Assembly (NCBI GenBank): GCA_963826235.1
Contig: CAWGWE010000002.1
Location: forward strand, 626,399 to 690,398
From: Pyrinomonadaceae bacterium
Lineage (GTDB): Bacteria; Acidobacteriota; Blastocatellia; Pyrinomonadales; Pyrinomonadaceae
Length of the DNA: 64,000 bases
Direction: 5' to 3'
Made by a program: the position numbers and the translations under genes. The notes under the pieces were generated by a model that ran no database searches, had not been told where the DNA came from, and worked only from the letters and a program-made list of their open reading frames with translations. Below, one piece after another: positions 9,642-18,403 of this stretch. The stretch's first letter is position 1, and each line of letters begins with the position of its first letter.

Positions 9642-10769
9642 TCACGGACGACTGAGAATCTCTTCATAGTAGTCGATGTATTGCGGAATGATGATGTCAG
9701 TACGGTAGCGTGTGATCGCTGACTCGCGTGCTTTCGCTCCCATTTCTTTTCTCAGCTTCGCATTTCCGACCAACCGTGTGGCATCCGCAGCCATTTTGGT
9801 GATGTCGCCAACCTCGCTAAGAAAACCAGTTTCGCCATCAGTAACCACCTCGGGAATACCTCCCACACGCGAGGCAATCACCGGCACTTCACAAGCCATC
9901 GCCTCCAAAGCCGCCAAACCAAATGATTCCTGCTCGGAAGGCAAAAGCAACAAATCCGCCGCCGAGAGATAGTCCACAATCTTAGGTTGCTTTCCCACGA
10001 AGGAACACTTTTCGGCAACGCCGAGACAACGCGCACGGTGTTCAGCATTCGTCCGCTCACTACCGTCGCCCACCATTATCAGCCGTGTATGATTGTGATT
10101 CTTAAAGACTCTGGCAAAAATTTCCACGCAATCTACCGGACGCTTTACCGGACGGAAGTTTGAAACGTGCGCCAGAAGAGTTTCACCGGCGGGCGCCAAC
10201 TCGCGGCGCAAAGTATCGACCTGATGTCTTTGATAATCGTGCTGACAGACAAAGTTCGGAATAACCTTGATGTCATCAAACTGAAAAATCTCTCTCGTAG
10301 CTTCTTTTAGGTACTGCGAAATAGCAGTAACGCCATCCGACTGCACAATTCCATAACGAGTGATGGGGAGATATGAACGGTCGGCGCCCACTAAAGTTAT
10401 ATCTGTACCATGCAGCGTGGTGATTACAGGTAGACGTCGCTTTGCTTTCAGAGACTCGCGGGCCAGAATCGCGCTGATGGAGTGTGGAATCGCATAGTGC
10501 ACGTGCAACAGATCGAGATTCTCTGTTTCCGCGACGGTCGACATTTTCGTCGCCAGCGCAAGCGTGTACGGCTGATGTTCAAAGAGCGGATACGACATCA
10601 TTTCCACTTCGTGGAAGTGGACCCGTTCACTCAGTTCAGTTAAGCGTGTGGGGAGGGCCGACGAAATGAAGTGGACTGTGTGACCGCGCTGTGCGAGTTC
10701 CTTACCCAGCTCAGAGCCAACGATCCCGCTGCCGCCATAAGTCGGATAGACTGTGATCCCAATGTTCAT
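9642..10769 (-). CDS. bshA: N-acetyl-alpha-D-glucosaminyl L-malate synthase (bacillithiol biosynthesis glycosyltransferase BshA)
   Basis: 375-aa GT4 enzyme, colinear with Bacillus BshA from memory. Matching stretches are 'GITVYPTYGGSGIVGSELGKELAQRGHTVHFI', 'LHVHYAIPH', 'TTLHGTDIT' and 'ESFGLAALEAMACEVPVIASRVGGIPEVV'. Confidence 0.8.
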   Translation of the reverse strand: MNIGITVYPTYGGSGIVGSELGKELAQRGHTVHFISSALPTRLTELSERVHFHEVEMMSYPLFEHQPYTLALATKMSTVAETENLDLLHVHYAIPHSISAILARESLKAKRRLPVITTLHGTDITLVGADRSYLPITRYGIVQSDGVTAISQYLKEATREIFQFDDIKVIPNFVCQHDYQRHQVDTLRRELAPAGETLLAHVSNFRPVKRPVDCVEIFARVFKNHNHTRLIMVGDGSERTNAEHRARCLGVAEKCSFVGKQPKIVDYLSAADLLLLPSEQESFGLAALEAMACEVPVIASRVGGIPEVVTDGETGFLSEVGDITKMAADATRLVGNAKLRKEMGAKARESAITRYRTDIIIPQYIDYYEEILSRP

Positions 10770-10921
10770 GAAGTCTTAGTTCTTCACGACCTCTCGCACA
10801 GGTTCTGTGGCTATCCGCTCTTGCTAAATAACCCAGACTTTTGAACCGTTGCCAAGCCGGAAGATTCGGAGACTAATTCGACTTCAAGTTACCAAGGACA
10901 AAGATCATTGTCCAAAAGGAA

Positions 10922-10950
10922 AGGCAGGCGACCCTCGCAATCGCCTGCCT
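10922..10950 (-). terminator. Orphan terminator-like hairpin in the bshA / nfu divergent spacer
   Basis: A 10-bp stem pairs aggcaggcga with tcgcctgcct around a 9-nt loop. On the minus strand it is followed by TTCCTTTTGG. No annotated minus-strand gene ends here. Confidence 0.3.
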
Positions 10951-11215
10951 CTATCTCAACTTGTCTCACCTGGTAAGGGTAGGGGCAAGTGAGGGACGGA
11001 GTATATGCCCGTCACTAATTTTTTTGCAAGAAATCTTGCATCGTTTTGAGATATTTTTTAATGGCGCGATTCACCGGAAAAAAGGCGCAGTTAACAAGGC
11101 GATTCCCGTGCCTCCTGCGCATAGTGCGACAACTCGCATATAATGGCTTCGAAATTAAGAATCGTAAGAATTTTCGCCTGATTGGCAGGCTTAAGCGAAC
11201 AAATGGAGATCAGAA

Positions 11216-11779
11216 ATGCCTAAGATTAGCGATATTGAAGAGACCCCAAATCCCAACGCTGTAAAGTTTATCCTCCGCGAAGCGGTCAGCAACGGCACGG
11301 CCAAGTCTTTTAGTTCGGCCAGCCAGGCAGCTAACGATCCCCTGGCCAAGGCCCTATTTGACGTGGGCAATGTCGTGTCGGTTTTTTACATGGATAAGAT
11401 GATTACCGTCGAAAAGGACGAAGCCGGCGATTGGGACGACTTGCTTCCGGTACTCGCGGTCCCGATCCGCGCCGCCGAGTCAGTCGGTGCAGCGGCGGGA
11501 GCAGCAGCGGCAGCGGCTATGGGAGGCTCCCTCGGAGCGATAACAAGTGATGATCCCCGACTCATGAAGATTAACGAGATTCTGGATGAGAAAGTACGTC
11601 CCGCATTGATGGGGGATGGTGGTTATCTGGAAATACTTGGACTCAAAGAACATACCTTGAGCATTCGTTACCAGGGCGCCTGCGGTAGTTGTCCCAGCTC
11701 GTTGACCGGAACGTTGATGGCGATTGAGGGCATGCTCAAACAGGAAGTGGATCCGGAGTTGGAAGTGGTGGCTGTATAG
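11216..11779 (+). CDS. NifU/Nfu-type iron-sulfur cluster assembly protein
   Basis: 187 aa. The N-terminus is Nfu_N-like ('[12 protein letters not shown]'), and the C-terminal NifU domain carries 'ACGSCPSS'. Confidence 0.75.
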   Translation: MPKISDIEETPNPNAVKFILREAVSNGTAKSFSSASQAANDPLAKALFDVGNVVSVFYMDKMITVEKDEAGDWDDLLPVLAVPIRAAESVGAAAGAAAAAAMGGSLGAITSDDPRLMKINEILDEKVRPALMGDGGYLEILGLKEHTLSIRYQGACGSCPSSLTGTLMAIEGMLKQEVDPELEVVAV

Positions 11780-11815
11780 AGGAGAAAACAACTTCGGGGG
11801 CTGGCTTTACCAAAC

Positions 11816-11850
11816 CCATTTTCCATTTATCATTTTCAATTTTTCATTGG
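11816..11850. repeat. TTTCCATT/TTTTCATT octamer run (AATGGAAA family), unpaired
   Basis: The run reads 'ccattttccatttatcattttcaatttttcattgg' and lies downstream of the Nfu gene. Confidence 0.8.
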
Positions 11851-11920
11851 ACTCCAAACCTCTTGAGCTCGACTCGATTAGCAGCATCGACTGAATTTCG
11901 CCACACGTGCTCTGCTTGAA

Positions 11921-12157
11921 TTGCAGGAGACGACGTTGCTGGCGGCTTGCGCCGCAGGCGGCCTCTTCAAACGTCCCTGTTACATTTCAGAAATCATCAC
12001 TCAGATGAATCTGATTGGCGTTGGTTCGCTGGCCATCGTCCTGCTCACGAGATTCTGGTTCGCCCGGACAGGATTAAGCGAACCAAATTTTCGGCCACGG
12101 CGTATCTCCAGTGAGCTTGTGTGCCTTTCCTTCCTCGGTGATCAGGAGAATCTGTAA
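11921..12157 (+). pseudogene. Possible remnant of an MlaE-type ABC permease N-terminus
   Basis: The 78-aa ORF contains 'FKRPCYISEIITQMNLIGVGSLAIVLLT', which resembles the conserved N-terminal MlaE motif (R.P...Q...IGV.SL.IV.LT). The similarity then stops. Weak, from memory only. Confidence 0.25.
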
Positions 12158-14073
12158 TGGTCGAATCCGCTCACAGTTTTCGCTTTCGAGTGGCCTTGGT
12201 AACTTTGGCGGTACTCGTGTATGCGCTCCCTTCAGTCGTAACCGCGCAGGTAAATCCGCCCGCGACAAAGCCGGCAAGGAAACCCGCTAAACCGGCTGCT
12301 AAGGGCGAGGAAGCCAATCCCCTCGCGCTGCAACGTCGCACCGTCGCTATTTCGCTGCTCACCTCGCTCGCTGAAGAGGCTCGCAGTTTCCAGGACCAGT
12401 CGTTGCGCGCGCGCGTGCAGATGCGCGCCGCAGATGCTCTCTGGGAATCTGATCCTGAAAAAGGCCGCGCGCTATTTCGTCGCGCCTGGGAAGCAGCGGA
12501 CACAGCCGACAAGGAAGCCTTTCGCCGTTATGCGGAAGAGCGGCAACGCATTTCCAGCTCGTCCGAACCGAATCGTCATTTGCAATCGCCGCCGGAGCTT
12601 CGCAATGAAGTGATGCGGCTGATCGCAAAACGAGACCGGGCACTGGCCGAAGAATTTCTGGGGCAACTTACCGACGACACTGCGCGCGATACCGCCAATC
12701 CGGCAGTTAATAACGCTAGTCCGGTTACGGCAGATCCGGAGTATCCGCCTCTCGCAGTCGTGCAACGTCTGCAACTCGCCAACCAGCTACTAAATGATGG
12801 CGACGTGGCGCGGGCCATTCAGTTTGCCGATCCGGTACTGGATCGGGTCACAACCCGCGGCATCTTGTTCCTCTCCTCTCTGCGAGAGAAAGACATGGCT
12901 GCTGCGGATCAGCGATTTGCCCTAATGCTGGCGAAGACAGTTGCCGATCCGACGTCGGATGCGGTAGGCGTCTCCGTGCTCTCGTCATATGTATTTACTC
13001 CGTTCCTTTACGTCATCGTTAGAGGCAACGGGCAGAACCACACAAGTCAATCGCGCGATCGGATTGTTCCACCGGAAGACTTTCCACCAGAGCTGCGCCG
13101 CAGTTTTCTGGTAGGCGCGGCGCAAATCCTCTTACGACCGCCGCAACCAGTTGATCAGGACCGCACTGTCGCCGGACGCAGAGGTTTGTATTTCACGATT
13201 GCCAGGTTGCTGCCACTGTACGAACAATACGAACCCGAGGCGGCGCCGGAACTGCGCGTACAGCTTTCATCACTCGCTGCAGACATTCCTGAGGACCTGC
13301 GCAGCGGCAATAACCGGCTCTTAACACGCGGATTAGTGGCTGAAGATCAGACGCGCGATGAGGGTAGTGAAACTTTGGAACGCGCCGATCGCGCAGCGGC
13401 CGGTGCTGAGCGCGACAACCTCTACGCTCGCGCTGCGTTGATAGCGGCACGGAAAGGAGATGCGACGGCGCGCGACCTGGTTGAGAAGATTGCCGAATCT
13501 GATCTCCGCAAGCGTGTCCGGGCACATGTTGACTTTACCCTCGTCAGCCGGGCAATTGATCGGAAAGATCCGCAGGAGGCGCTGCGCTTATTGGGCGCGG
13601 CCGAACTAAGCAATATCCACCGTGCCTGGGCTTTGTTAGAAGTCGCTGGTCTGCTGAAAAAGACCGATGCGACTCGGGCAGTTGAGGTTCTTAATGAGGC
13701 TACAGTCGTAGCCCGGAGAATCGGCGGCAGCGAGGTCGCTCGGCCCCAGGCAATGACGGGAGTGGCGACGCTAATGTTCGAAGTTGATCGCGGGCGAGTT
13801 TGGGAGGCTGTCCTGGAGGCAGTGAAAGCAGCAAATGCGGTTTCAGACTTTAAAGGAGAGGACGCGCAAATCGTTGCGCGCCTCGCGATAGGCCGTGGTG
13901 CTTCAACCAGCAACTTCACCGTTGAGAGTTTTAACTTGAATAAGGTCTTTGGGTCGCTGGCAAAAGAAGATCTCTATCGCGCGATTGAAACCGCGCGCAG
14001 CTTCTCTGCTGACGCTCCGAGAGCGTCGGCTTCGCTGGCTGTGGCGAAGGCGGTGCTGGAAACTAAGAACTAG
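12157..14073 (+). CDS. Hypothetical secreted alpha-helical protein
   Basis: 638-aa ORF with a signal peptide 'VALVTLAVLVYALPSVVTAQ', a Lys/Pro-rich linker, then Ala/Arg/Leu-rich helical-repeat-like sequence. No family recognised. Confidence 0.6.
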   Translation: MVESAHSFRFRVALVTLAVLVYALPSVVTAQVNPPATKPARKPAKPAAKGEEANPLALQRRTVAISLLTSLAEEARSFQDQSLRARVQMRAADALWESDPEKGRALFRRAWEAADTADKEAFRRYAEERQRISSSSEPNRHLQSPPELRNEVMRLIAKRDRALAEEFLGQLTDDTARDTANPAVNNASPVTADPEYPPLAVVQRLQLANQLLNDGDVARAIQFADPVLDRVTTRGILFLSSLREKDMAAADQRFALMLAKTVADPTSDAVGVSVLSSYVFTPFLYVIVRGNGQNHTSQSRDRIVPPEDFPPELRRSFLVGAAQILLRPPQPVDQDRTVAGRRGLYFTIARLLPLYEQYEPEAAPELRVQLSSLAADIPEDLRSGNNRLLTRGLVAEDQTRDEGSETLERADRAAAGAERDNLYARAALIAARKGDATARDLVEKIAESDLRKRVRAHVDFTLVSRAIDRKDPQEALRLLGAAELSNIHRAWALLEVAGLLKKTDATRAVEVLNEATVVARRIGGSEVARPQAMTGVATLMFEVDRGRVWEAVLEAVKAANAVSDFKGEDAQIVARLAIGRGASTSNFTVESFNLNKVFGSLAKEDLYRAIETARSFSADAPRASASLAVAKAVLETKN

Positions 14074-14079
14074 ATCGTC

Positions 14080-14189
14080 GAACTTAGAACTTTGTACGTT
14101 GTACTTTGATGCTGACCGTGCATGGAATGCCTTCGGTCAGTAAAACACTCCAGGCTCCCAAGGAACTCAAAGTACAAAGCACAAAGATC
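14080..14189. repeat. AGTACAAAG-family imperfect inverted repeat between convergent genes
   Basis: The left arm is 'gaacttagaactttgtacgttgtactttgatgctgaccg' and the right arm is 'cggtcag...ctcaaagtacaaagcacaaagatc'. The inner 7-bp stem pairs ctgaccg with cggtcag. Confidence 0.8.
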
Positions 14190-14197
14190 TATTAGTT

Positions 14198-14944
14198 TCA
14201 AGAATATATATTCATCGGTTGCGTCAGCAGTTCGATCGGATCGCTCACATTTAGCGCCTCACGCACGTAAAACGCCTCGCCCGCAGCCACTCCAATTAAC
14301 GATCCAAAGTAGCGCATGCGAAACTCGATTTCGTCCAGAAAGCCTGCCTCACTAATCCGCGTCTCCGGCTCCTGGGACTCTGCGTCATAGAACTGCGAGG
14401 CATGGGTCTTGATCGCCTGCATCTTGGCTTCGACAAAGTCAGAAACATCGACAATAAACGATGGCACCACCAGTCTCGAATAGAGCGAGTGCATGATTGC
14501 GGGCATCTTCACTGCCGGATAGCCGCCTTCGCTGTCGTATCGCAACATCGTTGCGAGGCGGGCCGCGTCTCGTACGATCCGAGCAGTGTTAGCGTGGTCG
14601 GGATGCGGATCGTCCCAGTGCGTGGTTAGTAAGATCTTCGGCTGGTACTGCCGGATAATGCGCACCACTGCGGTGCGCGACGCTTCATTTAGCCAAACAT
14701 GACCATCCGGCTGCTCCAAATTTAAACGTAAGTCTAACTTCATCGCTGCAGCGGCGGCCTCTGCCTCCGCCGCGCGAATTTCCTGCGTACCTCGCGTTCC
14801 CATTTCGCCGCGTGTCATGTCGACAACTGCGGTGCGGTATCCGAAATGTTTAAGTTTGAGGAGGGTACCAGCGACAGACAGTTCCGCATCGTCCGGATGT
14901 GAGAAGATCGCAATCGCGTCGAGCTGAACTTGTGAATCGCTCAT
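14198..14944 (-). CDS. bshB1: PIG-L/LmbE family deacetylase, probably bacillithiol biosynthesis deacetylase BshB1
   Basis: 248 aa with motifs 'AIFSHPDDAELSVAGT', 'MTRGEMGTRG' and 'HPDHANTA'. bshA lies 3.4 kb away. Confidence 0.65.
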   Translation of the reverse strand: MSDSQVQLDAIAIFSHPDDAELSVAGTLLKLKHFGYRTAVVDMTRGEMGTRGTQEIRAAEAEAAAAAMKLDLRLNLEQPDGHVWLNEASRTAVVRIIRQYQPKILLTTHWDDPHPDHANTARIVRDAARLATMLRYDSEGGYPAVKMPAIMHSLYSRLVVPSFIVDVSDFVEAKMQAIKTHASQFYDAESQEPETRISEAGFLDEIEFRMRYFGSLIGVAAGEAFYVREALNVSDPIELLTQPMNIYS

Positions 14945-14992
14945 CGTGCTTGAGGTTTAGCTGAACCAGGGTATTTGGTCAAGGAGAGTTGG

Positions 14993-15095
14993 ATTGCCGA
15001 TTGGCGATTGCCGATTTTCGATCTGGCTTTTGCTACGGGCCAATTGCCAATCGCCAATCGGCTATCGTGAATCGGCTATCACCAATCGGCAATCA
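14993..15095. repeat. GCCGATTG/GCCAATTG-family inverted repeat
   Basis: The sequence 'gccgattggcgattg' (14995-15009) is perfectly complementary to 'caatcgccaatcggc' (15048-15062). Further degenerate units flank both arms. Confidence 0.85.
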
Positions 15096-15126
15096 GCATT
15101 CGGTGTTATAGTCCCTCGCCCAAGCG

Positions 15127-15522
15127 ATGAAACGATTTCACCTTATCTTTGGCGGCGTGGTGATCTTCATCTTTATTCTCACGGGCCAGTACATGGACAA
15201 GTTTTTACAGCATCTCGCCGGCATGCCCGACGGACCACGCATGCTTTATCGCACGCGTCACATCTACATTCTGCTCTCCGGCTTACTCAATCTCGGGATC
15301 GGAACTTATTTCAGGCATGGCTGGTCTCGCTGGCGTCGCGTGTTGCAGCTCCTTGGTTCCGCGTTGATTGTGGCAGCGACCGCCTTGTTTATTGCTGGAT
15401 TTTTCTGGGAAGCAAAACTAGCGGACCTGGAAACGCCGTGGTCTGGTCAGGGAATCTACCTCCTAGCGTACGGCACCCTACTTCACTTTTTCAGTGGTCT
15501 AGGAAAGCAGCAGCGAAACTAA
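15127..15522 (+). CDS. Hypothetical membrane protein (4 TM)
   Basis: 131-aa hydrophobic ORF with an ATG start. It is preferred over the overlapping 240-aa ORF 14994..15716, which starts inside a repeat run. Confidence 0.5.
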   Translation: MKRFHLIFGGVVIFIFILTGQYMDKFLQHLAGMPDGPRMLYRTRHIYILLSGLLNLGIGTYFRHGWSRWRRVLQLLGSALIVAATALFIAGFFWEAKLADLETPWSGQGIYLLAYGTLLHFFSGLGKQQRN

Positions 15523-15548
15523 TAGTTCGCCCAGCTACTAAAAAAATG

Positions 15549-17267
15549 CTAACGCACCGCGGGGAACTGTCTGGTCTCCGACTGACGTTTGACGATCACA
15601 AGGGTGATGTCATCCGCGGCTTGAGTACCCTGCGAGAATTTTGTGAGGGCCGATTCGATTCGGTCGCGCACACCCGCCGCCGAAGCATCGATGTTTCGAG
15701 AAACGACTTCGTATAGACGCGTAGGCCCAAACTCTTCGCCTGAGGGACTCGCAGCCTCCGTCACGCCGTCGGAGTAGATCACCAACACGTCTCCTAATTG
15801 CAATTGCGTGCGGCCCTCTCGATATTCGGCATCGCGCTTAATTCCCAATGGCAATCCCCCGGAGGCAAGCTGTTCGACAGTTCCCGCAGAATGAACGATA
15901 AGCGGCGGATTATGGCCTGCATTCAAAAACGAAAGAGAACCCGAAGCAGGATCGAGCTCGGCGTAGAAGAGGGTGACGAATCGATTCGGAGGAATATTGT
16001 CCGCCAAATAGCGATTCACCGCCGAGATAGTTTCCACGAGGGTATCGTGCGAACCCGCCTGCGCATGGACGGCGGCATGAAGCGATGACATTAGAAGCGC
16101 TGCGGCAGTTCCCTTACCCGACACATCGCCAAGAGCAATCACCAAACGTCCATCGTCGCGCTTGATAAAATCGTAGTAGTCGCCGCCGATCTCGTAGCAG
16201 GGAAAACTAATTCCCTGTAGCTCGTAACCTGGAACTATGGGAGGAGCCGTTGGTTGAAAACGCTGCTGAATTTCCATCGCCAGCTGCAGCTCGCGCTCGA
16301 GGCGCTCTTGTTGCAGCTGCGCTTCCAGCAAGCGCGCGTTTTCCACGCGAATCGCGGCAACCGATGCCAGCGTCGTCAACAACTTCAAGTGATCTTCAGT
16401 AAAGCGTCCCTCGGCGATCGGCGAATCGGCATAGATGATGCCGAAGACTTTATCAGCCACACCCAATGGCACCGCCAACACCGAACGGATTCCCTGCAGT
16501 ACCACGGTGCCGCTGGCGAAGCGTGGATCGTGTTGCGCGTCGGAAGTGAGCACGGACTTGCCGCGTATTACTACCTCATCAAGCACATTTCGGCTGACAC
16601 GGATTTCGCCAACTTCGCCAACTCGATCGCGCAACCGAGCCACAGCTACTCGTAATTCCTGGCCACTATCTTCGCGCATCATCAGCAGGCAACGATCGGC
16701 GGGCACAGCCTCAAAGACGAGCGAGACGATTTGATCCAAAGTTTCATTAAGCGAAGCCGAGGCCAGGAGCGTGATGCCTACCTTGCTGATCAGCGCCAGT
16801 AAGTCGCCCTGCTTATTGGCGCGCGAAGCGACGATCTCTTCAGGCTTTGTGCGCGCTCCTTCGATAGCTTCGAGTAGTCCGGAAGTGGTGCGGTCACCGG
16901 AAGCGAGGGCGATGGTCGCCTCAGGAATCGAGCTGGTGTTATCGGTAATCATGGTGGCACCCATGCTTGAATTGTAGGTGCCATCATCGAAGACGATTTC
17001 CGTCTCTCCGATCTGGATGCGCCCGCCTGCTGTCAGCGCCACGGAGCCCTGCACGGTAAGGCCGTTATATAAGGTGCCGTTAGCCGAGCCCAGATCTTGC
17101 AGGAAATATTCATCGCCTTCCCGGCGCACTTCCGCGTGCACTCTTGACGCAAAAGGATCGGGAACGCACAGGTCATTGCGTGCGGAGCGACCGAGGGTGA
17201 TGCGCAAGCGTCCGAGCGGAAAATGGTCGGGAGGCCGGTCGGGAAATCTAACGATCAATTCAGCCAT
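15549..17267 (-). CDS. FHA-GAF-PP2C (SpoIIE-type) serine/threonine phosphatase
   Basis: 572 aa. The N-terminal FHA domain reads 'TLGRSARNDLCVPDPFASRVHAEV...GSANGTLYNG'. A central GAF-like region follows. The C-terminal PP2C domain has 'GGDYYDF', 'LGDVSGKG', 'DGVTEA' and 'DDITLVIV'. Confidence 0.8.
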   Translation of the reverse strand: MAELIVRFPDRPPDHFPLGRLRITLGRSARNDLCVPDPFASRVHAEVRREGDEYFLQDLGSANGTLYNGLTVQGSVALTAGGRIQIGETEIVFDDGTYNSSMGATMITDNTSSIPEATIALASGDRTTSGLLEAIEGARTKPEEIVASRANKQGDLLALISKVGITLLASASLNETLDQIVSLVFEAVPADRCLLMMREDSGQELRVAVARLRDRVGEVGEIRVSRNVLDEVVIRGKSVLTSDAQHDPRFASGTVVLQGIRSVLAVPLGVADKVFGIIYADSPIAEGRFTEDHLKLLTTLASVAAIRVENARLLEAQLQQERLERELQLAMEIQQRFQPTAPPIVPGYELQGISFPCYEIGGDYYDFIKRDDGRLVIALGDVSGKGTAAALLMSSLHAAVHAQAGSHDTLVETISAVNRYLADNIPPNRFVTLFYAELDPASGSLSFLNAGHNPPLIVHSAGTVEQLASGGLPLGIKRDAEYREGRTQLQLGDVLVIYSDGVTEAASPSGEEFGPTRLYEVVSRNIDASAAGVRDRIESALTKFSQGTQAADDITLVIVKRQSETRQFPAVR

Positions 17268-17320
17268 TATTTGAAACGATTCACTCTGGATTTAATTGGG
17301 ACAAGAGCGTTAATTATTCG

Positions 17321-17366
17321 AATTGCCGATGCCGATTGGCAATTGCCAATTGGAAATCGGCAATCT
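17321..17366. repeat. GCCAATTG-family palindromic run
   Basis: The run 'aattgccgatgccgattggcaattgccaattggaaatcggcaatct' is centred on the palindrome ggcaattgcc. It lies between the RDD gene and the phosphatase gene. Confidence 0.8.
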
Positions 17367-17367
17367 G

Positions 17368-17863
17368 CTAGGCACCGTCACGTACTACCACAGTGCCGGC
17401 AATCAAATCATGCAGCGCGCGACCTCGGGAACTAAAGATTGCGATCAGAAATCCTACGCCCAGGGTCAGAATAGACAGCGGATAACCGACGAAGTGCCGG
17501 AAAATGAGCGACTCCAATTCCGGGAACGTCGCCGTCGTGCTGTTCGATCCGCAGCCCCGTCGCCCACTTACCTATAGTTCGTCCGGTTAAGCCGGCGAGC
17601 ACTACATAATTGATCAAGGCTACTGCGAACGAAATCAAGACCCCAACAGTTTCAGCAGAATTTCCCGCCGTACGAGCGCCACCGCCAAACCAGCGAGCAA
17701 CGATTGTGCTGAAGGCCACGATTCCGACAAGCAGAATATAGTCGATCAAAGCCGCGCCACAGCGCAGAGAAAAGGGTGCGGGTTGACGCTCCACCAGTCC
17801 CCTACGAGGACGTTTTATCACCTCAGCCCGCTTGATCGCGGCTCCTTCAACTCGCGCAGTCAT
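17368..17863 (-). pseudogene. RDD family membrane protein, frame-disrupted
   Basis: ORF 17432..17863 has the RDD core 'RCGAALIDYILLVGIV'. The typical C-terminus 'ELESLIFRHFVGYPLSILTLGVGFLIAIFSSRGRALHDLIAGTVVVRDGA' is read in another frame down to the stop at 17368-17370. The frame change is at GGG 17522-17524. Confidence 0.65.
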
Positions 17864-17905
17864 TAAAATGGTTCAGTGGTCTTTATTGGCGGTTGGCAAC
17901 GGCGG

Positions 17906-18403
17906 TCATCCCAAAAGAAAATGAAGCGTCGTTTCGCCAAGGCGAAGTTTATCTCCGCTGTCCAAAACCCGGGGCTGGCGAGGCGCCAGCCTCACCGAAT
18001 CATTGATTACAGTTCCATTCACTGAGCCCAGATCTTCGACCAGGAAGGTTTCGCCCTCCAACCAGATCCGCGCATGGCGCCGCGAGACTTTGGTCTCGAC
18101 ATCAAAACGAGAAAGATCGATTTCCGGAAAAATGTTCGAGTGCGGATCAGCGCGCCCGACGAGATTGTTGTCCTTCTTCAAAATGAAGGAAGCATCAAGC
18201 TCCGTAGTGCCGGCGACCACGAGTTTCGCCGTGGGCCGTGGCACTCGCAGGGTCGAACTGGATCCCACGCCAGCCAGGGGTTGCCGCGCGCCACAATGGG
18301 CGCAAAATACGTCGTCGGCTGCGATCCTGCCGCCGCAAAAGCCACAGTAGACCGTTTGCACTTGCACGGTCTCGCTGCCGAGTTGCGTTGGCAGGCATCC
18401 CAT
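17906..18403 (-). CDS. Zinc-ribbon + FHA domain protein
   Basis: 165 aa with a 'YCGFCGG...FCAHCG' zinc ribbon followed by FHA ('LVGRADP', 'VSRRHARI', 'GSVNGTVIN'). The start is uncertain because the kinase ORF overlaps it by 209 nt. It may be the C-terminal part of the kinase. Confidence 0.7.
   Translation of the reverse strand: MGCLPTQLGSETVQVQTVYCGFCGGRIAADDVFCAHCGARQPLAGVGSSSTLRVPRPTAKLVVAGTTELDASFILKKDNNLVGRADPHSNIFPEIDLSRFDVETKVSRRHARIWLEGETFLVEDLGSVNGTVINDSVRLAPRQPRVLDSGDKLRLGETTLHFLLG

Noticed and set aside
14994-15716. A 240-aa ORF starting in the GCCGATTG repeat ('MPIGDCRFSIW...').
   Set aside because: It begins inside a low-complexity repeat, overlaps the better-supported hydrophobic ORF 15127..15522 in another frame, and runs antisense into the phosphatase gene. 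No motifs seen.
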